The notes below the pieces were generated by a model that was given only the letters and a program-made list of their open reading frames with translations, was not told where the DNA came from and made no database searches. A program made the translations under genes and the position numbers. Shown piece by piece: positions 11,435-21,426 of a stretch of 64,000 nt of DNA (the stretch's first letter is position 1; each line of letters starts with the position of its first letter). The stretch comes from an uncultured bacterium. Its GTDB lineage: Bacteria > Verrucomicrobiota > Kiritimatiellia > RFP12 > UBA1067. The stretch spans positions 1,406-65,405 of the forward strand of contig URIT01000003.1 in NCBI GenBank assembly GCA_900547945.1, given 5' to 3'.

Positions 11435-13306
11435 CTAGTGTTTCCGGCGCCGGAGCCCGTGGAGGATGCCGAAGAGGACGACGAGCAGCGGCACGAGGCA
11501 GATGTTGATCACCTTCAGCGTGAGGCCGAGGCGGTCGATGTCGCCCGTCAGCTCCTTGCGCACGTTCTTGAGCTGGCGGCGCGTGTCGGCCTGCGCCTTG
11601 CGCAGCTTGTCGATTTCCTCCTGCTGCTCCTTGGAGAGGATGAGGCGCTCGTTGCCCGTCTTCTGCTTCTGGAGGGCCATGAGGCGCTGCTGGGTCTCCT
11701 GCAGCTCCTGCTCGAACGCCTCCTGCTTCGCCTGCCACTTCGCCATCGCCTTCGCCTCCAGCGCGTCCACCTTCGCGAACGGACGGTTCGACGGACCGCG
11801 CGAGCGCACGCCGATCAGCTCCTCACGTCCGGCGTACTGCTCGATGACGTTCGAGAAGAGAACGAGGTTGTCGTTGACGGGCTGGGCGATCGGCCCGAAG
11901 ATCGTGTTCATCACCTGCACGCAGAAGTCGTCGGCGAGGAAGTCCGAGTCGCCGAAGAGGACGACGCTGCCCTTCCCCTCGGCCGTCACCTTGGGAACGG
12001 CGTTCGTGGAGCCCTCCACGTAGTCGGGGCCCTTCGGGAACGCGGTCTTGAAGGTGCCGGAGAGGCGCGCCGCGAGCGTGTACTGCGCTCCGCTCGGCTT
12101 CAGTTCCTTGCGCATCGCGCCCATGCCGAACTGCGCGCTCTGGCGGTCGACGAGGCAGGCGTCTTCGGCCGAGCTCAGCACGAGCGGCTCGAACGAGAGG
12201 CCGTCCTTCTTCGCGAAGGAGAAGCTGCCCGCGAACGGGAACATCACCTGCGTGAGGCCGGAGACGAGGAGGTCGCCCTTCGCCATGTTCTTCGCGCCGA
12301 GCGAGAGGAACGCCGGGTTCTCCTCGGCGCGGCCGTTGCCCGTGTTGAGCTTCGTGGCGGCGGCGAGGTCGGCGACGATCTTCGAGGTGTCGAAGGTCAC
12401 GCCCCAGGCGTCGAAGAGCTTGCCGAGCGTGGAGGGGCCGTCCTGGCCGCCCATCTGCATCATCATCGGGTTCTGCTGCTGGCGCTGCGCGAGCATGTCC
12501 ATCACGCTGAACGGGTCGACGCACGCGATGAGGCGGCCGCCCCGGATGACGAACTGGTCGATCGCGAAGAGCGTCTTCTCGTTGAGGTCCTTCGCGTGGA
12601 GGAGGACGAGCGCCTTCACGTCGTCGTCGATGGACTCGGCGGTGGGCGGGATCTCGCGCACGTCGTAGTCCTTCTTGAGCTCCGTGAACGCGGCCCAGCC
12701 CTGCGCCTGCTTCCGGCGCTGCATCTGCATCATCGGGTTCGGCGGCTGCCCGAACACGCCCTGGATGGAGGTCATCACGCCGACGACGGGGCGCTCCGGC
12801 CACGCGACGCGCGTGACGAGGCGCGTGATGTCGTATTCGAGCGTCGACTCGGCGCGCGGGCTCAGGCGCGCGAGCGTCTCCTCGCGGTCGCCGCACACGG
12901 CGACGAGGCCGAAGTAGACCGGCTGGCCGAACGGGTTGACGTTCTGCGGCTCCACGCCGTAGCGCTGCGCCCACTCCTCGGCGTCGCTGTCGGGCTTCGG
13001 GTCGTAGGCTTCAAGGGCGAGGTGCCCGTTGCCCGCGCGCTCGTACTCCTTGAGGAGGTTCTGGACCTGCTGCGCGTAGGTCTTGAGCTGCATCGGCATC
13101 TCGGCGGAGGACGCGCTGAAGTAGAACTTCAGCGTGACATCGGCTTCGAGCTTGCCGAGGACGGCCTTCGAGCCCTTCGAGAGCGTGTAGAGCCTTTCGC
13201 CCGTGAGGTCGAGGCGCAGGGGCAGGTTCGAGAGGATCAGGTTCGCGGCGCCGATGATGGCGGCCAGCACGACCAGTCCGATAACACCAGTGAGTTTTTT
13301 GTTCAT
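11435..13306 (-). CDS. GldG-like ABC-type transport system auxiliary protein
   Basis: 623 aa with an N-terminal TM segment and a C-terminal TM segment after a coiled-coil (QQRLMALQKQK...). The start LDLTGERLYTLSKGSKAVL...VTLKFYFS is typical of the GldG/ABC_transp_aux family. Confidence 0.85.
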   Translation of the reverse strand: MNKKLTGVIGLVVLAAIIGAANLILSNLPLRLDLTGERLYTLSKGSKAVLGKLEADVTLKFYFSASSAEMPMQLKTYAQQVQNLLKEYERAGNGHLALEAYDPKPDSDAEEWAQRYGVEPQNVNPFGQPVYFGLVAVCGDREETLARLSPRAESTLEYDITRLVTRVAWPERPVVGVMTSIQGVFGQPPNPMMQMQRRKQAQGWAAFTELKKDYDVREIPPTAESIDDDVKALVLLHAKDLNEKTLFAIDQFVIRGGRLIACVDPFSVMDMLAQRQQQNPMMMQMGGQDGPSTLGKLFDAWGVTFDTSKIVADLAAATKLNTGNGRAEENPAFLSLGAKNMAKGDLLVSGLTQVMFPFAGSFSFAKKDGLSFEPLVLSSAEDACLVDRQSAQFGMGAMRKELKPSGAQYTLAARLSGTFKTAFPKGPDYVEGSTNAVPKVTAEGKGSVVLFGDSDFLADDFCVQVMNTIFGPIAQPVNDNLVLFSNVIEQYAGREELIGVRSRGPSNRPFAKVDALEAKAMAKWQAKQEAFEQELQETQQRLMALQKQKTGNERLILSKEQQEEIDKLRKAQADTRRQLKNVRKELTGDIDRLGLTLKVINICLVPLLVVLFGILHGLRRRKH

Positions 13307-13328
13307 TGAAAATCCCTTCCTAACTGGA

Positions 13329-14102
13329 TCAGCTCGCCTTGCGGCTGTCGGTGACGACCTGGGCGGCCGCGAGCATGAACACCATCACGCCCACGTAGTA
13401 GCCGATGTCGGCGAAGTCGACCATGCCCCGGCGCATCGCGTCGAAGTGGCTCAGGAGCGAGCAGGAGGCGACGGCGTTGACGATGCCGGTCGGCACGCCC
13501 CAGTTCGCGACCGCGTTGACGACGGGGTCGAAGCCGATGATGAGGAGCGTGAACGTGGTCGCGAGCGCGATCACGAAGCTGATCACCTGGCTGCGCGAGA
13601 GAGAACTCGCGAAGACGCCGATCGCCGTCGCGGCGCCGGCGAGCAGGAAGCTGCCGAGGTAGCCGCAGAAGATCGCGCCGAAGTCCGGGCTGCCGAGCCA
13701 CGCGGCCGTGCAGACCACGGGGAACGTGAGCGCGAGGCCGATGCCGATGAAGGCCCAGGCCGCGAGGAACTTGCCCACCAGCGCCTCGCCGAGCGTGATC
13801 GGCAGCGTGAGCAGCAGCTCGATCGTGCCGTTACGGCGCTCTTCCGCCCACGAGCCCATCGTGGCGGCCGGCACGAGGAGGAGGTACATCCACGGGTGCC
13901 AGAAGAAGAACGGCGTGAGGTCGGCCTGGCGGCGCTCGTAGAACATCGCGACGCCGAACGTGAGGAAGCCGGCAAGCACGAGGAACGCGACGAGGAAGAC
14001 GTAGGCGACGGGGGAGTCGAAGTAGGACTTGAACTCGCGCCCGAAGACGGTCCGCACCGAGCGGAGCGGGCAGTGCCCGGACTTGTTGCTGCAGCAGCTC
14101 AT
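13329..14102 (-). CDS. ABC-2 type transporter permease (GldF-like)
   Basis: 257-aa polytopic membrane protein carrying the motif EERRNGTIELLLTLP. Its ATG lies 1 nt after the ATPase stop. Confidence 0.88.
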   Translation of the reverse strand: MSCCSNKSGHCPLRSVRTVFGREFKSYFDSPVAYVFLVAFLVLAGFLTFGVAMFYERRQADLTPFFFWHPWMYLLLVPAATMGSWAEERRNGTIELLLTLPITLGEALVGKFLAAWAFIGIGLALTFPVVCTAAWLGSPDFGAIFCGYLGSFLLAGAATAIGVFASSLSRSQVISFVIALATTFTLLIIGFDPVVNAVANWGVPTGIVNAVASCSLLSHFDAMRRGMVDFADIGYYVGVMVFMLAAAQVVTDSRKAS

Positions 14103-14103
14103 C

Positions 14104-14826
14104 TTACTTCTCCTCCTTCATCGTGAGGTTGCGGAACACGACGTCGAGCTTCCCGCTCGGGTCCAGCGCACGCAGCTTCTCCGGCGTGCCGTCGGCCTTG
14201 ACCTCGCCCCGGGCGATGATGATCGCGCGCGTGCAGACGGCGTCGACCTCTTCGAGGATGTGCGTGGAGATGATGATCGCCTTCTCCTTGGCCATCTCCT
14301 TGATCATTTCGCGCACGACGAACTTCTGGTTCGGGTCGAGGCCGTCCGTCGGCTCGTCCATGATGAGCACCTGCGGATCGTGCAGGATCGCCTGCGCGAA
14401 ACACGTGCGCTGGCGGTAGCCCTTCGAGAGCGTGTCGATCGTCTGCTTCGCGACGTTCGCGAGGCGGGCCTTCTCGATCACCGCCGCCACGCGCTCCTTC
14501 ACGGCCGCGCCGGAGAAGCCGCGCGCCTTCGCGATGAAGGTCAGGAAGTCCTCCACCGTCATCGCCCGGTAGCTCGGCGCCGCCTCGGGCAGGTAGCCGA
14601 GCGCGCTCTTCGCGCCGATCGGGTCCTTGAGGATGTCGTGCCCGCAGATGACTGCGGTTCCGGACGTCGGCGGGATGAATCCCGTGATCATTCGCATCGT
14701 CGTCGACTTGCCTGCGCCGTTCGGCCCCAGGAAGCCCAGCACCTCGCCCTTCGCGACGCTGAAGGAGATTCCCTTCACCGCCTCGAAGGAGCCGAAGCTC
14801 TTCTTCAGGTTCTCGACCTTGAGCAT
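14104..14826 (-). CDS. ABC transporter ATP-binding protein (GldA-like)
   Basis: Walker A GPNGAGKST, signature LSKGYRQR and Walker B LIMDEPTDGLD; 240 aa. Confidence 0.95.
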   Translation of the reverse strand: MLKVENLKKSFGSFEAVKGISFSVAKGEVLGFLGPNGAGKSTTMRMITGFIPPTSGTAVICGHDILKDPIGAKSALGYLPEAAPSYRAMTVEDFLTFIAKARGFSGAAVKERVAAVIEKARLANVAKQTIDTLSKGYRQRTCFAQAILHDPQVLIMDEPTDGLDPNQKFVVREMIKEMAKEKAIIISTHILEEVDAVCTRAIIIARGEVKADGTPEKLRALDPSGKLDVVFRNLTMKEEK

Positions 14827-14871
14827 GTCTTCTTTGCCTCTCTTTGTTTTACAAATCGTGTAATGGCGGGC

Positions 14872-14881
14872 ATTATAGCAC
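14872..14881 (-). promoter_or_regulatory. Extended -10 promoter GTGCTATAAT for the ABC-2 operon
   Basis: The minus strand reads GTGCTATAAT about 45 nt upstream of the ATG at 14826, followed by the SD-like AGAGAGGCAAAGAAGAC. Confidence 0.5.
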
Positions 14882-14908
14882 CCGCCTGTTAGTGGCGTGT
14901 TAGAACGC

Positions 14909-16477
14909 CTACCGCGCCCGCACCTTCACCGTGCCGACGGGGTAGCGGCGCCCGACGCCGCCCGCGAGCGGCAGCGCGAGGCGCGGCGTGCCGTCCCGGT
15001 CGCCGAGCGACACGGCGAGCGTGTAGGCGCCGGGCGTCAGGGTGGGGACGCGCGTGTCGGTCGCGAAGGCGCCGACCTTCTTCGCCTGCGTGTACACCCA
15101 CACGCCGTCGTTCGCCTGCGGGATCTCCCCCGCCCAGCCGAACGTGCAGCGGCTCTTCAGCGCAACGGGCCGTTCGACGCCGTTGAGCGTCGGCTGCGCG
15201 TCCGCGAAGTCGAACCGCTCGTCCGACGAAACCCACGCGACGCGCCCCCTGTCGTCGAGGAGCGTCCAGGCGAGCGTCGCGCCCTTGTAGCGGCGCGCGA
15301 CGCCGACGTTCACCCAGGTGGACGCGATCTCGACCGGCTCGCCGACCGTCACCTCGTCCGGGAACGCCGCCTCGCGCAGCTCGAAGCGGTAGCCGAGGCG
15401 CCGCGCCGCGCGCGCGTAGGCGTCCTTCGAGCCGTCGAAGCAGACCTTCGGCCAGCCGTGGATGGAGAGCCACGAGGCCTGGTACGCCTCCACGCTCTCG
15501 ACGAGCTTCTCGTCGCTCCACGCGCCGCGCTCGTTCGAGAGGTCGTAGTGTTCGTGTTCGACGAAGGTCGGCGCGGCGGGCGCGAAGTACTGCGCCCAGT
15601 CCGCGTGGAACCACCACGGATGCTGCTTCAGGCGCGCGGAGACCATCGACGGCGTGAAGACGAGGATCGAGTCGTCGCGGAAGCCGAAGCCGAGGTCGTG
15701 CGCGTACTTCATGAGCGGCACCTCGGCGGCGGGCTTCGGGTTCGACGAGCCCGCCTGGTCGTCGATGCAGAGGATCGTCGTGTTCGGCAGCAGGCGGCGG
15801 TGCATCTCGTAGTGCTTGAAGAACGCGGCCTCGGGGTCCTTCCCGGCGGCCTTCATCTCCTTCGCGTAGGCGCGCGTGTGCCCCTCGCCCCACATGCCGA
15901 TCGTCCCCACGTCCACGAACGCGACGGACGGCTTGCCGTCGTAGCGCCGCGCGAACGCCTTGAGGAAGTTCTCCAGCTTGGCGAGGAAGACCGGGTCGCC
16001 GTAGTCCGGCTCCCAGATCTCCAGCTCCTCGCCCGGCGGCTCCTTGCCGAAGATCTTGATCATCTTCATCTTGAAGAACCACCCCTTCGCGCCCGCCTTG
16101 CGCACCCACTCCGGCGTCGCGTAGGCCCAGCGCGACTCGCAGCAGGTGAGGCGGAAGCCGATCTGCTTGCCGGCGGCGATCCACGGCGCGGCGTAGCTGT
16201 CGAAGAGGTCCCAGCGGTAGACGCCCTCCTCGGGCTCCAGGAGGCACCACGGGAGGCGGAAGTAGGCGCAGCCCGTACCGGGGAACCAGTCGAGGACGTC
16301 GCCGCGTTCCTGGAGCTGCCCGTACGCCCACTGCCGGTTCGAGTAGTGGTACATGACAAGCCCCATGTCCGGGTTGACCAGGATCTCGTCCGTGTTCGCG
16401 GGGCGGACCGTCGCGGCCTGCGCCCCCGCCAGCGCGCAGAGCGCCAGCGCCAGCATCGTCTCTCTCGTCCTCTTCAT
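14909..16477 (-). CDS. Secreted DUF4832-type glycoside-hydrolase-like protein
   Basis: Real start MKRTRETMLALALCALAGAQA (signal peptide) at 16477, preceded by GGAGAAGG. The upstream 400 codons of ORF 14909..17677 are an out-of-frame read-through of the GH27 gene. Sequence (WDLFDSY..., GMWGEGH) resembles the GH42-like/DUF4832 family. Confidence 0.75.
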   Translation of the reverse strand: MKRTRETMLALALCALAGAQAATVRPANTDEILVNPDMGLVMYHYSNRQWAYGQLQERGDVLDWFPGTGCAYFRLPWCLLEPEEGVYRWDLFDSYAAPWIAAGKQIGFRLTCCESRWAYATPEWVRKAGAKGWFFKMKMIKIFGKEPPGEELEIWEPDYGDPVFLAKLENFLKAFARRYDGKPSVAFVDVGTIGMWGEGHTRAYAKEMKAAGKDPEAAFFKHYEMHRRLLPNTTILCIDDQAGSSNPKPAAEVPLMKYAHDLGFGFRDDSILVFTPSMVSARLKQHPWWFHADWAQYFAPAAPTFVEHEHYDLSNERGAWSDEKLVESVEAYQASWLSIHGWPKVCFDGSKDAYARAARRLGYRFELREAAFPDEVTVGEPVEIASTWVNVGVARRYKGATLAWTLLDDRGRVAWVSSDERFDFADAQPTLNGVERPVALKSRCTFGWAGEIPQANDGVWVYTQAKKVGAFATDTRVPTLTPGAYTLAVSLGDRDGTPRLALPLAGGVGRRYPVGTVKVRAR

Positions 16478-16500
16478 GCCTTCTCCTCGGTTGTTCACGG

Positions 16501-18615
16501 TCAGAATCCCGCCTGCTTCGCCCGGCAGGGCTCGCAGGCCGCCGTTTCGCCGTCCTGCGGCGCAAGCGGCCGCACGGGGCGCGTCGCCTCGATCTGGCGG
16601 CGCCAGGCGTTCTCGCGGATGTCCGTCATGCCCGCGCGGAAGCGTCCGTCGCGCGCGGGCGAGAGGCGCACGAGGTGTGTCGCGTGGCCGGGCACGCGCA
16701 CCGTGTAGACGCCGCGCGCCTCGTCCTCGTCCTTCTGCCGCCAGAGGTCGCGCACGCGCCAGCCGCCCTCCAGCCCGGCGGCGGCGAGGTCGAACGTGAC
16801 GTTCTGCGCGATGAGGTTCGCGTTCAGGAGGCCCACGGCCACCGAGCCGTCCGCGAGCGGGCGCGCCCAGATCTCGCCCATGCCGTCGGCGGCGATCTTC
16901 GCCGCGCCGAGGCCGAGCGCGTCCTGGTCGACGGCGAGCACCTCGTCGTTCGAGAGGAGGTTGAACGTGAAGGCGTCGAGCCGCGTCATGTCGCAGCCGA
17001 TCATGAGCGGCGCGCCCACGAGGCACCAGAGCGAGACGTGCGTGTACTGCTCGTTCGGCGTGAGGCGCGAGCCCTTGAAGCCGTTCCAGTGCATCTTGCC
17101 GACGCAGAGCATGTCGGGGTCGTTCCACGCCCCCGGCTTCGACCACGGCCAGAGCGCGGCCTGCTTCTGGATGCTGCCGTAGACGCTGCCCCAGTTGTCG
17201 AACACGTCGCCCGTCGTGCGCCAGCAGCTGCCCCACACCGTCTCGCCCCAGGCGGAGACGTTGTCCATGCCGTACTGGCAGAGGGAGAAGAGGATGTCGC
17301 GGCCCTGCTCGCGCAGCGCCTTGCCCATCATGAGGTAGGGGAAGCGCGCGCGGTCGAGGCCGCCGCCGAAGGCGACCTTCCCGTAGCTGCACCAGTCGTA
17401 CTTGAGGTAGTCGAAGCCCCAGTCCGCATACGTCTTCGCGTCCTGGAACTCGTGCATCCAGCTGCCCGCGCAGCCGCCGCAGGTCGTCGGGCCCGGGGAG
17501 GAGTAGAGGCCGGCGCGCAGGCCCTTGGCGTGGATGTAGTCGGCAAGGCCCTTCATCGAGGGGAAGCGCGCGTTGGGGTTGATCGTGCCGTCGGCCGCGC
17601 GCGCGGGGCCCATGAGCGTCTTGTCCGCCTGCTCGCCGGGGCGGTTCTGCCAGAAGTCGTCGATGTTCACGTAGCACCAGCCGTGGTCGGCGAGGCCGCT
17701 TGCGACCATCGCGTCCGCCGCCGCCTTCACCTTCTCCTCTGTGACGCCGCCGCCGAAGACGTTCCAGCTGTTCCAGCCCATCGGGGGCGTGAGCGCGAGC
17801 GTGTCGCCCACGACGAGCGTCACCGTGCGCGTCGCGCGCCCGTGCGCGTTCCGGGCCGTGACGACGAGCGGGTATTCGCCGGGCCGCACCACCGCGCCGT
17901 TCACGGAGGCGCGGTCCGCATTGAAGACGGCGCCGGGCGGCAGGCCCGCCACGGCGATCTCCATCGGCCGCTCCCCCGTCACGGGCACGCGGTAGAGAAT
18001 CGGGCTTCCGGGCCGCACGCCCACGCGGCCGGGGCCGTTCACGCGCGGGGCCGCCGGCGTCTTCGGCGTCAGGATCCCCAGCTGCTCCGTGAGCGTGGCC
18101 GGGTCCGGCGGCTTCGTGCCGTCCTTGAAGAGGAAGAAGGCGTCCGCCCAGTCGGCGTGGTCGCTGTCGTTGCCGTCGCCGCCGTCCGTCACCTCAAGGG
18201 CGACGACCTGCACGCCCGCGAGGTCCACCTTCAGCTGCGCGGTGCGCGTCCGGCGCGCGAGGCGTCCCGATGTCGCGGCGAGCCGCCCGTCCGCCCACAC
18301 CTTGAACTCGACGCTCGCCTGGCGGCGGTCCTTCATCTCGTCGTCGAGCCCCACCGTCGCCTCGAAGGCGAGCGCGTTCCCGCCGAGCGGCACGACGAGG
18401 AGGCTCGGCGCATGCGTGCCGAGGCCGTGTTCGTATGTCTTCCCGCCAAGGGAGAGGAGGCCGCCCTCGACGGAGCGCGCGACGAGCGGCGTGCGGTAGC
18501 CGCACGTCATCGCCGAGCGGTCCACGTCCTCCAGCCAGATCTTCTCCGCCGCCAGCGCCGGGACCATCCCGGCCACCAGCATCCACCCCAGAATCATCCG
18601 CTTCTTCATGGTCAT
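16501..18615 (-). CDS. Alpha-galactosidase (GH27) with N-terminal NPCBM-like carbohydrate-binding module
   Basis: The catalytic region reads PPMGWNSWNVFGG...CYVNIDDFWQ...YLKYDWCSY. The N-terminal module reads GLGTHAPS...DGGDGNDSDHADWADA. Signal peptide MKKRMILGWMLVAGMVPALAA. The ATG at 18615 overlaps the rsmI stop as ATGA; an alternative ATG is at 18609. Confidence 0.9.
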   Translation of the reverse strand: MTMKKRMILGWMLVAGMVPALAAEKIWLEDVDRSAMTCGYRTPLVARSVEGGLLSLGGKTYEHGLGTHAPSLLVVPLGGNALAFEATVGLDDEMKDRRQASVEFKVWADGRLAATSGRLARRTRTAQLKVDLAGVQVVALEVTDGGDGNDSDHADWADAFFLFKDGTKPPDPATLTEQLGILTPKTPAAPRVNGPGRVGVRPGSPILYRVPVTGERPMEIAVAGLPPGAVFNADRASVNGAVVRPGEYPLVVTARNAHGRATRTVTLVVGDTLALTPPMGWNSWNVFGGGVTEEKVKAAADAMVASGLADHGWCYVNIDDFWQNRPGEQADKTLMGPARAADGTINPNARFPSMKGLADYIHAKGLRAGLYSSPGPTTCGGCAGSWMHEFQDAKTYADWGFDYLKYDWCSYGKVAFGGGLDRARFPYLMMGKALREQGRDILFSLCQYGMDNVSAWGETVWGSCWRTTGDVFDNWGSVYGSIQKQAALWPWSKPGAWNDPDMLCVGKMHWNGFKGSRLTPNEQYTHVSLWCLVGAPLMIGCDMTRLDAFTFNLLSNDEVLAVDQDALGLGAAKIAADGMGEIWARPLADGSVAVGLLNANLIAQNVTFDLAAAGLEGGWRVRDLWRQKDEDEARGVYTVRVPGHATHLVRLSPARDGRFRAGMTDIRENAWRRQIEATRPVRPLAPQDGETAACEPCRAKQAGF

Positions 18616-19328
18616 TCTCCCCGTGGCTCCTCCGGGTTCGTCCTCGTACGGGCGAACTTCGGGTTGTTTCCGGCAATCACGAGCGCGACCTCGCCCTTCA
18701 CCTTCTTGTCCGCGAATTCCCGCGCCAGATCGGAAAGGTAGCCGCGCGACACGCGCTCGTGCAGTTTCGTCAATTCGATGCACACGGCGGCCTCGCGGTC
18801 GCCCAGCACCTCGTAGGCGGCCGCCAGCGTGGGGCCGATGCGGAACGGGGACTCGTAGCAGACGAGCGTGTGTTCCCTGTCCTTGTCTTCGGCGAACCAG
18901 TTCCGGAGCGCGCCGGGTCCGCGCGGCGGAAAGCCGCGGAACGTGAAGGACGACGTGGAAAGGCCGCTCATCAGGAGCGCCACGTTCACGGCGCTCGCGC
19001 CGGGGATGACGTCGTAGGGGACGCCCTTCCGGGCACAGGTGCGGATCAGGCGGTAGCCCGGGTCGGAGATGCCGGGATAGCCGCCGTCCGAGCAGAGGAC
19101 AACCTCCGCGCCCGCCTCGACGGCCTCGACGATCCGCTCCGTCGTCCGTTCCTCGTTCCCCTGGCGGTAGGAGATCATCTCGGGGCGCGGCACGCCGAAG
19201 TGCGTGAGCAGCTGCCAGGTGCGGCGGGTGTCCTCGCAGGCGATGAGGGTGGCGGACTTGAAGGCCTCCAGCCCGCGCGGGGAAAGGTCGCCGAGGTTTC
19301 CGATCGGCGTCGCGACGACATGCAGCAT
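18612..19328 (-). CDS. rsmI: 16S rRNA (cytidine1402-2'-O)-methyltransferase
   Basis: 238 aa. MLHVVATPIGNLGDLSPRGLEAFKSATLIACEDTR...CSDGGYPGISDPG is the RsmI/tetrapyrrole-methylase signature. Confidence 0.92.
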   Translation of the reverse strand: MLHVVATPIGNLGDLSPRGLEAFKSATLIACEDTRRTWQLLTHFGVPRPEMISYRQGNEERTTERIVEAVEAGAEVVLCSDGGYPGISDPGYRLIRTCARKGVPYDVIPGASAVNVALLMSGLSTSSFTFRGFPPRGPGALRNWFAEDKDREHTLVCYESPFRIGPTLAAAYEVLGDREAAVCIELTKLHERVSRGYLSDLAREFADKKVKGEVALVIAGNNPKFARTRTNPEEPRGE

Positions 19329-19338
19329 CCGGGGCCTC

Positions 19339-19974
19339 CTACCACATCGCCGGCGGGATCTCGTCGTCCTGCCGCCCCTGCGCCTCGGCGTACTGGCGGC
19401 GGGCGAGGTCGATCTCGCGCAGGACGCGGCTCTGCTCGTCGCGCTTCGCCTGCAGTTCCGCCGCGCGCACGCGCCAGGCCGCGTCCGTGAAGGGATCGAC
19501 CTGCACGACGACCTCGTTGAGCTTCACGCCGGCCATGAGGGCGATCCACTGCATCGCGGCGAAGGCCTCCTCAAGCGAATCGAGCTTCAGCGTCACGCTG
19601 CCGGCGGAGAAGGCCGACACGACGTCGTCGGCGGGGTCCGCCTTCGCCATCCAGGGGAGATAGCCGCGCGCGTCCAGTTCGCGGACAAGGTCCGGGCGCG
19701 CCACGACGACCTCGCGCACCACGGCGGCCAGCACCTCCGGCCACGACGAAACCGTCGTCGTGCGGCCGAGCAGGTGGACGCGGAGCGGGCGGCGCGACAG
19801 GAAGTCGGCCGCCGTGCCGACGAGCGTCATCACGCGGTAGCGCGGCGAGGGGTGCATGTGCTGGAACCGGCGCGCCGTGCGGCTGAACGCCTTGAAATAC
19901 CGGTGCGGGTCGGCAAGCCACTCCCGCACGTCGCGGTCACGTGCCGCGAGGTCCGTCCGATCGTCCGTATGCAT
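19339..19974 (-). CDS. Hypothetical protein (211 aa)
   Basis: The start MHTDDRTDL at 19974 overlaps the upstream stop by 1 nt (TGATG). Composition looks normal, whereas the upstream 155 codons of the ORF are R/G-rich. I recognise no family. Confidence 0.6.
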   Translation of the reverse strand: MHTDDRTDLAARDRDVREWLADPHRYFKAFSRTARRFQHMHPSPRYRVMTLVGTAADFLSRRPLRVHLLGRTTTVSSWPEVLAAVVREVVVARPDLVRELDARGYLPWMAKADPADDVVSAFSAGSVTLKLDSLEEAFAAMQWIALMAGVKLNEVVVQVDPFTDAAWRVRAAELQAKRDEQSRVLREIDLARRQYAEAQGRQDDEIPPAMW

Positions 19975-21362
19975 CAGCGGCTCGCCTTCCAGGCCTCGGC
20001 GATCGTGTAGTACTTCACGAGCATGTTGGGCAGGTAGTCGGCGGGCTGCTCGCCCTTCCTCATCCACCCGAGGTACATGTTCATGACCTGGCTGAAGTGG
20101 GCCTCGTGGCCGATCTCGTACTTCTGCGGCACGAGCATCGTCCAGCCCTCGCCCTCGGCCTTGAAGGAGACGCCGGGATAGGACTTGTTGAATTCCGCGA
20201 CGGCGGCGGCGAGCGCCTTTTCGAGCGCGGCCTTGTCCTGCCCAGCGCGCGGCTTCACGTAGACGCGCGGCTTGTAGCCTTCGTCCTTGCCCTGGCGGAT
20301 GACCACCTCCGCCTTCGTGCCGCGCATGAGCGAGTAGTGCGTGTCGCCCGTGCCGGCGGGCGGCATGAAGTGCCATTCCACGGAGACCTTGGCGTGTACG
20401 CCCTTGAGCTGGTAGGTGAACGCGCCGTTCGCCTTGCACTGGAGGACGTTGTCCTTATCCACGGCCTTCTTCAGGAAGTCCGGCCATGCGTCGAGGCCCG
20501 TCGAGGTCTTGTAGTCCTGCGCGGTGATCGGCGTCGGCCACGTGCGCGCCTTGAGCATCTTCACGTCGGAGGTCTTGAGCGTCTGGCCGGGGAAGGCCTC
20601 CCACTGCACGAGGTCGACGAGGTGCGTCGTCACGTCGACGATCGCCTCGCCCTGCTGGTCGGTGTCGTAGTACCAGCCCGGACGCCGGAGCGGCTTGCCG
20701 TTCACGAGCTTGCAGAAGTGGTGGACGGAGATCTTCGTGATCGCGGGGTCGTCCGGCGTCCCCTTCTCCTGCTCGCCGTAGAGATCCTTCGCAGCCACGA
20801 GCGCGCGCTGGAGGATCGTCGTGATCTCGTTGCGCTCGGTCATGATGTCCGCGAAGTAAAGCCCCTTCTCGTCCGCCAGCTTCGCCGCCTCGCAGAGCTT
20901 CGCGTAGGCGTCCGGCGTAATGACCATCGGCTTGTCGGAGAGGACGTTGAACCCGGCGCGGATGGCTTCCAGGTAGTAGTCGCTCTTCTTGTCGTTCTTG
21001 CCCGCGAGGACGACGACGGCCCCCGCCTTGTCCGCCGCAAGCGCCTTCGCGAGGTAGTCGTCGCCCGTGTAGACGATCTCGTTCCAGGCGGTGGGGTCCT
21101 TCGCGCGCGCGTTGAACGCGGCGACGAGCTTCCGGTGCGCCTCGACGTCCGGCCCCTTCGGCGCGAACACGCGCACGTCCTTCGACACGCCCGCGTAGTT
21201 GCGGTTCAGCACGAGCGCGGCGTGGAAGTGGCCGGGGTCGAGCTCGACGAACGAAATGTCCCTCACCGGCTTGCGCGCGGCCGCCTTCGCGCCGCTCTTC
21301 CGGCAATCGCAGCAGCCCGCGACGAGCGCAGCCGCCATGCATCCGATCAAGATCCTCTTCAT
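19974..21362 (-). CDS. Lipoprotein, Gfo/Idh/MocA-like oxidoreductase with a putative oxidoreductase C-terminal domain
   Basis: Start MKRILIGCMAAALVAGC (lipobox) at 21362; 462 aa. Segments FVELDPGHFHAALV and LSDKPM are typical of this lipoprotein oxidoreductase family. Confidence 0.75.
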   Translation of the reverse strand: MKRILIGCMAAALVAGCCDCRKSGAKAAARKPVRDISFVELDPGHFHAALVLNRNYAGVSKDVRVFAPKGPDVEAHRKLVAAFNARAKDPTAWNEIVYTGDDYLAKALAADKAGAVVVLAGKNDKKSDYYLEAIRAGFNVLSDKPMVITPDAYAKLCEAAKLADEKGLYFADIMTERNEITTILQRALVAAKDLYGEQEKGTPDDPAITKISVHHFCKLVNGKPLRRPGWYYDTDQQGEAIVDVTTHLVDLVQWEAFPGQTLKTSDVKMLKARTWPTPITAQDYKTSTGLDAWPDFLKKAVDKDNVLQCKANGAFTYQLKGVHAKVSVEWHFMPPAGTGDTHYSLMRGTKAEVVIRQGKDEGYKPRVYVKPRAGQDKAALEKALAAAVAEFNKSYPGVSFKAEGEGWTMLVPQKYEIGHEAHFSQVMNMYLGWMRKGEQPADYLPNMLVKYYTIAEAWKASR

Positions 21363-21398
21363 GTGTCCCTTTTTGTCCTTTCCCTCTCGTTGGGCGTT

Positions 21399-21409
21399 AG
21401 TATAGCACA
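21399..21409 (-). promoter_or_regulatory. Extended -10 promoter TGTGCTATACT upstream of the oxidoreductase-rsmI-GH27 gene string
   Basis: The minus strand reads TGTGCTATACT 36 nt upstream of the ATG at 21362. The same 11-mer occurs at 5063..5073. Confidence 0.5.
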
Positions 21410-21426
21410 TTTGGTACGGCCCGCCG

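Noticed and set aside
16478-17677. N-terminal 400 codons of ORF 14909..17677, and similar upstream extensions of the dgt, carB, GH27, oxidoreductase, cpaF, lgt-like and flp ORFs.
   Set aside because: The extensions are R/P/G-rich and overlap the preceding gene in another frame. In each case an internal ATG with an SD or stop/start coupling, and a sensible N-terminus (signal peptide, lipobox or family start), is available.
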